A stretch of DNA of 64,000 nt from positions 40,424,001 to 40,488,000 of the forward strand of contig OX597836.1 of the NCBI GenBank assembly GCA_951406725.2, written 5' to 3'. The notes under the pieces are model-generated. The model saw only the letters and a program-made list of their open reading frames with translations, was not told the DNA's origin and made no database searches. Position numbers and translations under genes: made by a program. The first letter of the stretch is position 1, and each line of letters opens with the position of its first letter. Positions 1-13,499 of this stretch are shown in pieces. This stretch comes from Octopus vulgaris. Its lineage: Eukaryota.

Positions 1-175
1 CGAGATAGTCATGGATGGAACGACTTTGATTATAGGTTTACTCGAGTAAACCTGGGACTAAACAAGAACTGTTTAATGTAGTTGATAAACCGGAAAGGAC
101 GAATTTGTTCCCTTGTTCCTTCTTTACACCCACAAAATCTCCAACAATAACGGCCACATCACCTTCAAATAAGAT

Positions 176-557
176 GGAAGCACTCCGTCGGTTCCGACGA
201 CGAGGGTTCCGGTTGATCCGATCAACGGAACAGCCTGCTCGTGAAATTAACGTGTAAGTGGCTGAGCACTCCACAGACACGTGCACCCTTAACGTAGTTC
301 TCGGGGATATTCAGCGTGACACAGAGAGTGACAAGGCCGGCTCTTTGAAAAACAGGTACAACAGACACAGGAAGTAAGAGTGAGAGAAAGTTGTGGTGAA
401 AGAGTACAGCAGGGATCACCACAATCCCTGCCGGAGCATCGTGGAGCTTTAGGTGTTTTCGCTCAATAAACACTCACAACGCCCGGTCTGGGAATCGAAA
501 CCGCGATCCTACGACCGTGAGTCCGCTGCCCTAACCACTGGGCCATTGCGCCTCCAC
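176..557 (-). mobile_element. tRNA-derived SINE family S1, tail type a, full length
   Basis: Minus strand begins GTGGAGGCGCAATGGCCCAGTGG (A box) ... GGTTTCGATTCCC (B box). Near-identical to 26566-26942 and 42326-42716. TSD TCAAATAAGAT at 165-175 and 558-568. Confidence 0.92.
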
Positions 558-994
558 TCAAATAAGATAGCGCAGTTCTAGATATAGCTCAAAAATATCT
601 TGATGGTCACGGTTGGTATGCTTTTATCATATGTATGCTTGATCATCGGGTTGATATGGAACGAAACAAATAACATTAAGTGCCATAGCTTAGTGTTATG
701 ACACGATAAGACACATGCAAGTAATTTAAAGAAGGCAGCGTACATAACGGCGTGCAAAACCTGGTTGTTGTGTTTAGCGGATGCAGCAAATATTAATTCT
801 CCGTAGCTTCAGACTTTTACATGCTTTGAATATTTCATCCCGCGATTTCACTTATCAGTCTCTTAACAGCCAGTAAATTTACCTCCCGACCGTCCGCCCA
901 AGATGATTTAGCTGACAAAATACGTCTCATGTAACACATCTTAGGTTTATGTACTCATTAAAGAGGGTTTTTGTTTTTAAACATTTTGTACTAG

Positions 995-1330
<336 letters not shown>

Positions 1331-1887
1331 ATATATTTACGTATCCTATAAGAAAGTACTTTTCCATTAACATTCTGAAGACTTATACGTTTGAAACACA
1401 ACATTAATTACCATGATGCCTCGTTGCATTTAACTGAAAGGAGACATTCATGTAATGGCGGCAGTAAAAATTGCGAACCACCAGCTGTGCTAAAGAAATC
1501 ACCTTCACTTTGTGGCTCATATACAAGTAATATGATACTCAATCCCGAGTCGACTGACATCGTAGAGTAAATATGAGTTTGAGTCGATACAGCTCCTGAG
1601 TTTGGGGACAACCTGAGTTAATATGTGTATTTATGGAGGTGCAAAAAGATAAATTTTCTTATGAAGTATGTTTTAAGTATACTTCGCAATATATGGGCTG
1701 TATTAAGAATTGCTCATCGTGAGCTAAATCGAAGGATAAGAGAAATTATAGAAGGAACGTATCTGGGAAATCAACACAAATTCCAAAGCATTCTTTAAAG
1801 CACACAACGAAATAAATATGCATGTGAATTTATTCAAATTAGTGAATAAAATTACGTGTAAAATATTTCGTTTTTGGATTTGGTTTG

Positions 1888-2378
1888 CAAGATTCTTTAT
1901 ATGAGTTTGTGTGTTGAAGCATATTCTATTGTGTCCGGGGAGAGTCATTTTCTTTTTGTGCCTTATTATGTAACACACTCATCGGTAAAATTTCCACGTT
2001 TTTCTTATTTTTATTGTCCTAAAATTTCCGTTGCGTCTTTGAAAAGGTTGCAAGATGCAACGAAAATTTTAGGACAATAAAAATAAGAAAATCGTGGAAA
2101 TTTTACCGGTGAAATTTTACATAATAAGGCACAAAAAGAGTATGACAAGATTCTTTATATGAGTTCGTGTGTTGAAGCATATTCTATTGTGTCTGGTGAG
2201 AGCCATTTTCTTTTTGTGCCTTATTATGTAACACACTCACCGGTAAAATTTCCACGTTTTTCTTATTTTTATTGTCCTAAAATTTCCGTTGCGTCTTTGA
2301 AAAGGTTGCAAGACGCAACGAAAATTTTAGGACGATAAAAATAAGAAAATCGTGGAAATTTTACCGGTGAAATTTTAC

Positions 2379-2384
<6 letters not shown>
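1888..2384. repeat. Tandem duplication (258-bp period) of a unit containing a long hairpin
   Basis: CAAGATTCTTTATATGAG at 1888 and 2146. Each unit holds an inverted repeat (CGGTAAAATTTCCACG...GTTGCGTCTT / AAGAYGCAAC...CGTGGAAATTTTACCG). Ends in (TA)n. Confidence 0.85.
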
Positions 2385-2413
<29 letters not shown>

Positions 2414-2416
<3 letters not shown>

Positions 2417-2639
2417 AAAAAGGAGATGTGGAACACGAGTTGTGATATATAAAAAAGGAAATGAAGAAAATGCTGACAAAATAATTTAAGTAATTTAAGT
2501 AATTTAATTAGGTGAAAGTTCTTTTACCGGTTGCGCGTTTGTTATGCTTATCAAAAGATGTTTTTTTTAAGAGAGATAGAGTTCCTTTCTGATAGATTTT
2601 TTGAGGAAAAAATCTAAAAATTATTTTGTCAGCATTTTC

Positions 2640-2644
<5 letters not shown>
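2414..2644 (-). mobile_element. Short (TA)n-embedded element with 27-bp inverted arms and a degenerate hammerhead-like motif
   Basis: Arms 2461-2487 and 2618-2644. Minus strand 2520-2558 reads TCTTT-TGATAA-GC..GC-GCAA-CCGG-TA-AAAGA. Confidence 0.5.
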
Positions 2645-2693
<49 letters not shown>

Positions 2694-3016
2694 TACATAT
2701 ATATACGACGAGATTCTTTCAGTCTGTTTGCGTGTGTTTGTGTGTGTGCGACAGACGGGTTTCCACACACACACACACTCGCCGTCTACCAAATTCACTC
2801 TCTATAGTCGAAAACACTCACCCAAATTTATTTCTGAGCAGAATTCGTACCATTTTAAGAACAAAGTGGCTTCTTTGTCTGAATCAAGATAGTTCCAGGG
2901 GTTTGTAAATTGCGTGAGTGGAAGAGAAACTGTTTTGGTATATGGGTGTGGCTGACGTTGTTTTCTGGGTAATTGCTGAAGTAAGAAGAACGTGCTTCCC
3001 TTCGCGTAATGCGTAT

Positions 3017-3448
3017 TCATGTATGCATGTATGCATACATGTATGTATGTATGTATGTATGCATACATGCATGTATGTATGTATGTATGTATGTATGTAT
3101 GCATGTATGTATGTATGTATGCATGTATGTATGTATGCATGTATGTATGCATGTATGTATGTATGTATGTATGTATGCATGTATGTATGTATGTATGTAT
3201 GCATATATGTATGTATGTATATGCATGTATGTATGTATGTATGTATGTATGTATGTATGCATGTATGTATGTATTATGCATGCATGTATGTATGTATGTA
3301 TACATGTATGTATGTATGTATGTATGTATGTATGTATGCATGTAAGTATGTATGTATGTATGTATGTATGTATGTATGTATGTATGTATGTATGTATGTG
3401 TGTGTAAGTATGTATGTAAGCATGTATGTGTGTATGTGAGTATGTATG

Positions 3449-3479
<31 letters not shown>

Positions 3480-3780
3480 ATGTATGTATGTATGTATGTA
3501 TGCATGCATGTATGTATGTATGTATGTATGTATGTACATTGTTTGTTCCGGTTTATTTTTAAATTCTCTCTTCGAACCAGAAATGGGGCTCCTTCGTGTA
3601 TGTATATACATATGTATATAAGTATGTATGCATGTATATATGTATGTATGTATGTATGTATGCATGTATGTATGTATGTATGTATGTATGTATGCATGCA
3701 TGCATGTATGTATGCATGTATGTATGTATGTATGTATGTATGTATGTATGTATGTATGTATGTACGTGCGTATGCTTGAA
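3017..3780. repeat. (TATG)n/(CATA)n microsatellite
   Basis: Directly visible. Confidence 0.97.
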
Positions 3781-4168
3781 TTTAGCGAGTAGTTCTATTT
3801 GTGTGTGCATATACTTACATTATACATGTATGCGTTTATGAATGTTCACACACACACACACATGTATACATGTATGTATATGTGTGTAGGTACGTATATA
3901 TATATATATATATAAAATTTGTAAGCATACGATAAGGTGCAAGTATGTTTGTAGGTGTATATACTTACTGAAAAACTTATCCTTTGTAGTTTGTATGTGT
4001 GTAGCAATATGCCTGATAGTGGGAGCTAATCTTCGAAGAGAGCTTTATCTATACAAGTTAGAGAAGTCGAACGGAACTTCTGAGGAATTCTTCAACAGAT
4101 GCTTCTTCTAATGAAACTATAAATTCAATGGTATACTTTCTGGGAATGTAACAGTTCGGAGTGTGTGA

Positions 4169-4261
<93 letters not shown>

Positions 4262-4451
4262 TGTGTAGTAGGTTCCTTTATACTATACGAACGAACATTC
4301 CACAGATTCTGCAGTATCTGTGTATGAAGACTTTGGTTCATTATTGTAGAAGTTCTGAACTCGGACAGCGCCTCGGCGTCGTGAACAGGCGTGCTATGAA
4401 AAGTATGTATGCATGTATATATGTACTCACGCAGAGAAAACAATCTATCGG

Positions 4452-4483
<32 letters not shown>

Positions 4484-4608
4484 GGTGGTGGTGGTGGGTT
4501 TTGTTGTTGTTGTTCTTTTAGTGGTGGGGTACACCGATACGTTTTAGGTCGAATGGCGGTGAAACAATTGTAAATTTATGTAATAAAAAGAATTTGCTCA
4601 CATCACGT

Positions 4609-4680
<72 letters not shown>

Positions 4681-4865
4681 AAATATTAGGGAATAAATCC
4701 AAATTTACAGGGAAAAATCAGATTTAGGATTGAATCCAATTTTATAGTAAAATATTATATTATATTAAATTAGAGACAAAACCACTATTATGCAAATCAA
4801 ACAAAGAAAGACTTAAGCCAATACATAAAATAATTTATATAAATTAAAATTTAACAATTATAAAT

Positions 4866-4919
4866 AACCACTACGATCGTTTCGTGTCAGCACATCTTTG
4901 AGACATTCTTCAGGTGGTT
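4866..4919 (-). ncRNA. Type I hammerhead ribozyme motif
   Basis: AACCAC-CTGAAGA-A-TGTC..GACA-C-GAAA-CGATCG-TA-GTGGTT: 6-bp stem I, intact core, palindromic stem III. Confidence 0.8.
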
Positions 4920-4994
4920 TCAAAACCTTCTTGGCGAGTTATAAACTCTGCATAAATTATGAACATAGTTTATAACTCACCAAGAAGGTTTTGA

Positions 4995-5048
4995 AACCAC
5001 CTGAAGAATGTCTCAAAGATGTGCTAACACGAAACGATCGTAGTGGTT
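4995..5048 (+). ncRNA. Type I hammerhead ribozyme motif (inverted copy)
   Basis: AACCAC-CTGAAGA-...-GAAA-CGATCG-TA-GTGGTT. Confidence 0.78.
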
Positions 5049-5488
5049 ATTTATGATTGTTAAATTTTAATTTATATAAATTATTTTATGTATTGGCTTA
5101 AGTCTTTCTTTGTTTGATTTGCATAATAGTGGTTTTGTCTCTAATTTAATATTATATATATATATATATATATTAATTCTATGGATATTACGGATTTTCG
5201 GAAATATGATCTATAAAAAAAATCGATCATTGATTTATACTCATCTCCGATAGCCTGTACCTGTAGATGAGCCTAAAAGAGTATATGTCTCTCCCTGAAG
5301 CACTCCAATCAGTATCTCAAAGAACTCCGTCATCACGTCAGGTGTAGTGACTTGGGCCCTGGTTTTGGAGTAGAGCAGTGATATCAGGTCCACTACCGAG
5401 GATTCCATAAGCCTGTAAGATCTTCATCAGGTAGTGATGAACTTACATATATATATATGTATGTGTGTGTATATATATATATACATAC

Positions 5489-5800
5489 GTGGAGGCGCAA
5501 TGGCCCAGTGGTTAGGGCAGGGGACTCGCGGTCGTAGGATCGCGGTTTCGATTCCCAGACCGGGCGTTGTGAGTGTTTATTGAGCGAAAACACCTTAATC
5601 TCCACGAGGCTCCGGCAGGGGATGGTGTCGAACCCTACTGTACTCTTTCGCCACAACTTTCTCTCACTCTTTCTTCTGTTGGCCTGCTCGCTTAGCCAGC
5701 GGGGTGGCGTCATTTGAAGGCTAAAACAATGCGAAGCGCATTGTGACCAGCGATGTGTAGCAACATCTGATAGCCTGGTCGGTCACGGTGGTCACGGTGA
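5489..5800 (+). mobile_element. SINE S1, tail type b
   Basis: S1 head with A/B boxes. Tail GGCCTGCTCGCTTAGCCAGCGGGG...GGTCACGGTGA also at 36640-36739. Confidence 0.9.
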
Positions 5801-6556
5801 TATATATACATACATACATACATACACACACGACGGGGTTTCATACAGTCTCTATCAATCAAATTCACTCACAAGTCATTGGTCGCTTCGGCCTTGAGCT
5901 ATAGGAGACACAAGCCCAACGTGCCGCACAGTGGCACCATTATTATCTTTTCGTCATTATAGTCCTCCTCTGAACATCCTTGCATTATTTTAATTACCTT
6001 TTTAAAATTCAGAATCTAAATTAAAATTACAAATTTTAAATTTTAATTGCAATCTTTAATTGCCGATGTCACTAAATGTTAAATTATGAATTTCTTATAT
6101 AAATTGTGAATTTGCAAATTACAAATTATTATTTATATAAATGATTTTTCCATAAAATTGCTCTCACTACAATTATAAAATATATGAATATTCATAATAA
6201 AATACACGCTGGCTGATTCTTACACGCATTAATTGCAACTAAATAGTATCTTCTAAATGGAATCTATAATTGTCTTTTATATTTTACGCTTCAGTCATGT
6301 GACTGCGGCCAAGCTGGGGCAACGGTTTAAAGGGTTTTTTTAGTCGAACAAATTGACCCTAAGATTTTTCTTTTCAGCCTAGTACTTATTCTATCGGTCT
6401 CTTTTTTTTTTTTTTTTTTGCCAAACCGCTAAGTTACGGGGATGTAAACACACCGACACCGGTTATCACAGACACAAAGAAACACACCGTGTCTCGTAAA
6501 CACCTTCTGTCCTTACAGCTTTTAAGCGTTCAAAATCTACTTTCTTGGTTGCTGCA

Positions 6557-6630
<74 letters not shown>

Positions 6631-6769
6631 ATACATATATATATATATATATATATACAAATTGAGATAGGGGTTGTAAATGCAACCCTCCATGGGATAA
6701 CATATATCCAATATACTGCTAGTGAAATACCCAACAAAGTTAATACATAAATGTTAATGATTGCGATAT

Positions 6770-6826
<57 letters not shown>

Positions 6827-6876
6827 CATACATACATACATATATATATATATATACTATAATGTGTGTGTGTGTG

Positions 6877-7060
6877 ACCGCGTGTGTACCGTTGGCAATT
6901 TTTTTTCCTCCGTCTTCCCTTCCTTGGATCTTTCCTTTTCCTATGTTTCTGACGATGAGCTCCGCTCGAAAGGTTAAACCTTCCTTCTTTCTTTCCTTTC
7001 CTGAGCGTCCAATAACACTATACTTGTTCCACGTCCTCGCCTTGTATTTTCATGTTTGGA
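6877..7060 (+). mobile_element. Microsatellite-embedded ~190-bp element family A with minimal hammerhead-like motif
   Basis: GTTT-CTGACGA-T-GAGC-TCC-GCTC-GAAA-GG-TT-AAAC at 6945-6979. Homologous to 10189-10388 and 24938-25127. Confidence 0.8.
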
Positions 7061-7102
<42 letters not shown>

Positions 7103-7117
7103 ATATGTACATTCATC

Positions 7118-7216
<99 letters not shown>

Positions 7217-7225
7217 GTAGGTAGG

Positions 7226-7314
<89 letters not shown>

Positions 7315-7320
7315 GGATAG
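7118..7320. repeat. (GATA)n microsatellite
   Basis: Directly visible. Confidence 0.97.
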
Positions 7321-8454
7321 ACATGTATGTTGTTGCTTAAAGGTTTCAATCAGACTAAGAGCTTACAGAATCTCCATACATATGAATGTATGTTTAATTG
7401 TTACTTCTTTGTTTTCTTATGGTCCTACACAAAGCTGGCGTTAAATAGTATGTCTGCACATATAGCATCTACAAACACTCAGGGGAGTACACGTCGATAT
7501 ATTTAGAATCATGTATGCTTTCATTGATGGTATTTTTGTCGAAGTTTTGAGGGGGAAAAATATATCTGTTCGTTCCAGGGTGAACCTCTGCCGTTTAGCA
7601 AAACATAGTCTGTTCATCTATCTGTCACTCTCTTCCTCTCCTGTCTCCGTCTCTCTCCTCCTCTCCGTCTTCTCCTGTCTCACTCTCTCTCTCTTTCCCC
7701 CTCTCATCTTCTCCTGTCTCTCTCTCTTTCTCTCTCCCTCCATCTCCCTCTCATACACACATACATCCACACACACACACTTCCTCTCTCTACATCTATC
7801 TCTTTCTCTTTCTGCTTCTCTCTCTTACACACACATTCACAAATACACACACACAAACACACTCTCTCTCTCTCTTCCTCTCTCTCTCTCTCTCTAACAC
7901 GCACATACATGCACACTCACAAACGCGTGCACAAACACACACATACACGCACACATTTACACATACGCACACACGCACTCGCTTGCTTTCTCTTGCAGTG
8001 TTTATTTCGGTTCGTTGCGTTCTGATTTCGAATCCGACTGAGTTCAAATTTGCTGATTTATCTTTTTTTTTCGAGTTCAATAAACGAAGCGCCACTTTCA
8101 AACTTTGTGCAAAATCGTTAGAACCCCGTGCAGTATTTATCCCAGTTCTTTACATTCTGCGTTCAAGTCCCGACGTAGCCTATATAAGTACCAAGTTTAA
8201 TATGTCGCTCGTTATTAATATGACCAACAGTCACCTTCAGTTGTTTTAGTGCAGACAGCTCTATTACAAGTTTTTGGACACTAGCGTGCGGTTTGAGAAT
8301 ACTCGGTCCCTAGCGCCATTTTGTTTCCAGTTCACTTTTGTATGAGGCGTCAAGTTGCCAATTTCATTGATAAAACTATACAGGCTCGCCAAAAGTTTTT
8401 CTGTAAATTGAACTTAAATTGTTTCACTAATGGTTGATTCACCCTACCAGAGTA

Positions 8455-8517
<63 letters not shown>

Positions 8518-8520
<3 letters not shown>

Positions 8521-9218
8521 GAGCTGGCAGAATCGTTAGCACATCGGGCGAAATGCTTAGCGGTATTTCGGCTGCCGTTACGTTGTGAGTTCAAATTCCG
8601 CCGAGGTCGACTTTGCCTTTCATCCTTTCGGGGTCGATAAATTAAGTACCAGTTAAGCACTGGGGTCGATATAATCGACTTAATACCTATGTCTGTCCAT
8701 GTTTGTCCTCTCTATGTTTAGCCCCTTGTGGGTAGTAAAGAAATAGGTATTTCGTCTGCCGCTACGTTTTGAGTACAAATTCAGCCGAGGTCGACTTTGC
8801 CTGTCATCTTTTGGGGGTCGATTAAATAAGTACCAGTTACGCATCGGGGTCGATATAATCGACTTAATCCGTTTGTCTGTCCATGTTTGTCCTCTCTATG
8901 TTTAGCCCCTTGTGGGTAGTAAAGAAATAGGTATTTCGTCTGCCGCTACGTTTTGAGTACAAATTCAGCCGAGGTCGACTTTGCCTGTCATCTTTTGGGG
9001 GTCGATTAAATAAGTACCAGTTACGCATCGGGGTCGATATAATCGACTTAATCCGTTTGTCTGTCCTTGTTTGTCTTCTCTGTATTTAGCCCCTTGTGGG
9101 TAGTAAAGAAATAGGTATTTCGTCTGCCGCTACGTTCTGAGTTCAAATTCCGCCGAGGTCGACTTTGCCTTTCATCCGGCATTTCGCCCGCCGTGCTAAC
9201 GTTTCTGCCAGCTCGCCA
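8518..9218 (+). mobile_element. SINE S2 head followed by tandem 184-bp units, ending in an inverted head fragment
   Basis: GGTATTTCG at 8562, 8746, 8930 and 9114. B-box-like GAGTTCAAATTCC. Inverted head at 9178-9218. Confidence 0.92.
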
Positions 9219-9486
9219 CATTCAGATGCACGTTATGATGCAAATTAATAAGATCAGTATTTGAATCATATTCACCTGTCTTCCTACATATCTGCACATC
9301 TATCTATTTATCCAGTACACGACCGTCAAGCTATCCCTATGCATATATCTCATATACATAATGAATAGATAATTTAATGAGGCGAAGTTTTATAGCAAAT
9401 TTCAAAATAATCTATGCAGAATTCGCGGATAATTTCTTTTATATACCACTGACAAACTCTTGCTAAAATTTTTGGCAGTTCACCAC

Positions 9487-9585
<99 letters not shown>

Positions 9586-9591
9586 CATACA

Positions 9592-9624
<33 letters not shown>

Positions 9625-9979
9625 ATATGTATGTATGTGGTTTAGGTTAATGGACTAGAAAATTATAATTTTATTAAGAATTAATAACAGCTGGCCCGTG
9701 GGTTTCTTTTTAAATATAATTGATAGCTTCTGAAGAAAATACCCTGCAGTGTAAGCTCTACACGTACATACACACACACAGGCATACATACAGACATACA
9801 TACGTAAGTACATACGTACATATATACACCACACACCATACACACACGTCCACATACACAGAGGTTTTTTCGTAAGAGGAGCCAAACTCAACAGAATAAG
9901 CGGAACGACCGTAAATTCAATATATGGAACCTCACATCTCTCAGAGAATAGATATAAATAAATTAACATTACAAAGTGC

Positions 9980-10077
<98 letters not shown>

Positions 10078-10188
10078 TGTGTAAGGAGTGCATAGAAAAT
10101 TAGATCAAATTGAAAACAGTGATCATAAGAACTAAAAGAAGAGCATGGATGTTGAAAAATTACTTGTATATATATGTATGTATATGTG

Positions 10189-10388
10189 ACCTCGTGTGTA
10201 CCGTTGGCGATTTTTTTTTTCCTATGTCTTCCCTTCTCTGGATCTTTCCTTCTATGTTTCCGACGAAGAGCTCCGCTCGAAACGTCAAACCCTCCTTCTT
10301 CCCTTCATTCCTGAGCGTCCAATAATACTATATTTGTTCCACGTCCTGGCGTTGTTGTGTTTTTTTGTGTTTTCTTGTTTGGATTAAC
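10189..10388 (+). mobile_element. Family A element
   Basis: GTTT-CCGACGA-A-GAGC-TCC-GCTC-GAAA-CG-TC-AAAC at 10256-10290. 3' end abuts (TA)n. Confidence 0.8.
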
Positions 10389-10407
10389 TATATATATATA
10401 TATGTGT

Positions 10408-10463
<56 letters not shown>

Positions 10464-10945
10464 ATGTATGTATGTATGTATGTATGTATGTATGTTTCTA
10501 TGTATGTATATGTATATCGTGGCAGAGAGCAGGATCAGTAGTTCCAGTGAAATGCTACAAAATTTGGCAGGAATAGCAATAAAATGTTAAATACAATGCG
10601 TAAGTATTAGACAGAGGGTACATGAAAGAAATGGCCTGAAATAGCAAAGACTTTGAGAATCCTGTGACGGTGTATGGGTCTTCCAAATGCCCTGGAATGC
10701 CACGAATTTCTAGGTAAATTAAACATATACAAAATGGCCGGCATTGAACTTACAAATGATAGGAGAGCAGGGTTTGAACTAAAATAATGCTTAACACAAC
10801 ACACCAGCTCAACCAAACATCACGATGTGACATCGTAACACTTTAGTGCAGCACCAGATCGTGACGTCACAACGTGGCATCATACGTTAGTGTTACAAAA
10901 TGTCATCGCACCGTAATGTTATAATGTAATATTATAACGTTACAG

Positions 10946-11158
10946 AAGGCGGTGTGCTGGATGACTCGTTAGCACGCCGGCTTAGGGCTTGGTGGCTTTT
11001 CGTCCGACTTTACATTCTGAGTATAAATTCTACCGGGATCGACTTCGTCTCTCGTCCTTTCAGAATCGATAAAATATGTAACATTTGAGCACAGGGTTTC
11101 GGTGCAATCGACTTCCCCGAACTTAATGGCCCCGGGCCAAAATTTGACACCAATATTT
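10946..11158 (+). mobile_element. Diverged SINE S2 (tail type 2)
   Basis: AAGGCGG..GCTGG..TCGTTAGCACGCCGG...TTCTGAGT..AAATTC...AAAATTTGA. Interrupts a pentamer-derived satellite. Confidence 0.7.
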
Positions 11159-11691
11159 AGCATAACAGGTTAACGTAGCACTACAATGTAACATCACAGC
11201 GTAACGTAAAAGCATAAATTGTAGCGTAACGTCGTAACGTACATCATAACGTTACATCACAAACTAACGTTAAAACGTAGTATTGTTATGTAACTTGTAA
11301 CATAACCTTATAACGTAACGTTGCAACGTAACATCATATCATAACGTTGTAACGTAACATTATAACGTAACTTTACCAATAAACCTTAACGTAATTTTGT
11401 TAACATCATAAAGTAGAATTATAACGTAACATCGTAATGCAATGTAACGTTGCGCCATTACATTATAACATGATGTTATAACATGACATTTCAACGTGAA
11501 ATCGTAACGTTACGTTGTAACGTGACATCATAACGTAACTTTACAAAAAATCATAGCGTAATTTTCTATGCTAACATCATAAAGTAGCATTATAACGTAA
11601 CATTGTAATGTAAAGTTATAACGCAAGGTAATGTAACGTTACGTCGTAACATCATAACATAAAGCTGTAACATAACGTTAAGATATGAAAT

Positions 11692-12105
11692 CGTAACGTT
11701 ACATTACGGCGTAGCATCATAGCGTAACGTTACATTACGGCGTAGAATCATAGCGTAACGTTACATTACGGCGTAGCACCATAGCGTAACGTTACATTAC
11801 GGCGTAGAATCACAGCGTAACGTTACATTACGGCGTAGCATCATAGCGTAACGTTACATTATGGCGTAGCATCATAGCGCAACGTTACATTACGGCGTAG
11901 AATCATAGCGTAACGTTACATTACGGCGTAACATCATAACGTAACGTTACATTACGGCGTAGAATCATAGCGTAACGTTACATTACGGCGTAGCATCATA
12001 ACGTAACGTTACATTACGGCGTAGAATCATAGCGTAACGTTACATTACGGCGTAGCGTCATAGCGTAACGTTAAATTACGGCGTAGCATCGTAGCGTAAC
12101 GTTAT
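11692..12105. repeat. 31-bp minisatellite, about 13 copies (CGTAACGTTACATTACGGCGTAGMATCATAG)
   Basis: Unit starts at 11692, 11723 and onward. Preceded by a degenerate TAACR-rich array from about 11160. Confidence 0.95.
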
Positions 12106-12718
12106 AATGTAACATCTGAAGAACGTTATCGCAAACACAAGATCGCTTGATGTGAATAGAACAGAGGAGAAAAGCCTTGCTCTAAAACAGCAAAATAGAG
12201 CAGGAATAAAACAAGAAACGTAGAAAGCGACAAGCATAAAAGCTACGTAAGACTAGATAAAGTTTAGCAGCAAAATGACAGTTGGAATAATGAAGTATCT
12301 TTCCACAATGTTCCATTCTTTAGATAATTTGTTTCTATCTCAATTGCTCGCGCATTATTTTGTTTGGTTCCTTCTTAGGTGGTGGCATCATTACTTGGCG
12401 TTTCATTGATTGCCTTTCATCAAATATATCGATCTATCGATGATAAAGACCTTGTTCAATGTGGAATATCCTGCCTTAATATTTCCCCATCGTAGATGAA
12501 GAATAACCTTTTTCCTTCTTGTTTTGTTTTTGTTTGCTTTCTGCTTATTGTTGTTGTTTTTGTTTTGTTTTTTTTTGCTTTCTTTCAAAAAGTTGTTACT
12601 AATCGATCAATCCTGACTTCGAGTCTTCGACTTAGTAAACCGGCATCTCACATTTTCCGGGTGTGTTTTTTATATACATACATACACACATACATACATA
12701 CATACATACATACATACA

Positions 12719-12749
<31 letters not shown>

Positions 12750-12774
12750 GCATACATATATATACATATATAAA

Positions 12775-12818
<44 letters not shown>

Positions 12819-12935
12819 GATATACATACGTACATACATGTATCTTTATGTGATGTATGCGTGTATATATATACATCTATATATATATATGTATAGATAT
12901 ATATATACATACTTATATGTATGTTATATACAGTA

Positions 12936-12986
<51 letters not shown>

Positions 12987-13043
12987 TATGTATATATATA
13001 TATGTACGTGGTGCGCGCGCTTGTGTATGTGTTTGCGTTATGG

Positions 13044-13138
<95 letters not shown>

Positions 13139-13499
13139 TGAGTGTGTGTTATCTTTCTCAAAGAAATGTACCGATGCCAATTCCAATGGAATGATCGTTT
13201 GGCACAATTCTGGTGGAATCGACTGCGAATGTTTCGTTTAATTGTACGCTACACTTCACCTTGTGTTCAGTTCCCTCTTTGTTGAGGAGGGGACGGCGGT
13301 GGAAGCAGGGGACGAGACGATGGAAGGCCGGGGTGGGGGTGGCGGTGGTGGCGATGGTGGGGGGGTGGGGCAGGAAGACGTTTGGATTCTCGAAACATTT
13401 GTATTCTTTAGAAAAACATCACGTTCTATGCGTATGTGCGAATGTGAATAAATAAGCGCAACGAAATATGTGATAAGGTAGGAGCCGTTCGGATGGTAT

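Larger units (their letters stand above)
4674..5152 (-). mobile_element. Penelope-like non-autonomous element in (TA)n: ~88-bp tail plus 186-bp inverted arms
   Basis: Arms 4762-4947 and 4967-5152, each with a hammerhead motif. Flanked by (TA)n. Same family at 23706-23822 and 32000-32168. Confidence 0.8.

Noticed and set aside
5489-5570. tRNA gene
   Set aside because: A/B boxes belong to a multicopy SINE head that continues into a SINE body. No proper acceptor stem or terminator.
11692-12105. CRISPR-like array of ~31-bp repeats
   Set aside because: No unique spacers, eukaryotic context and no cas genes.
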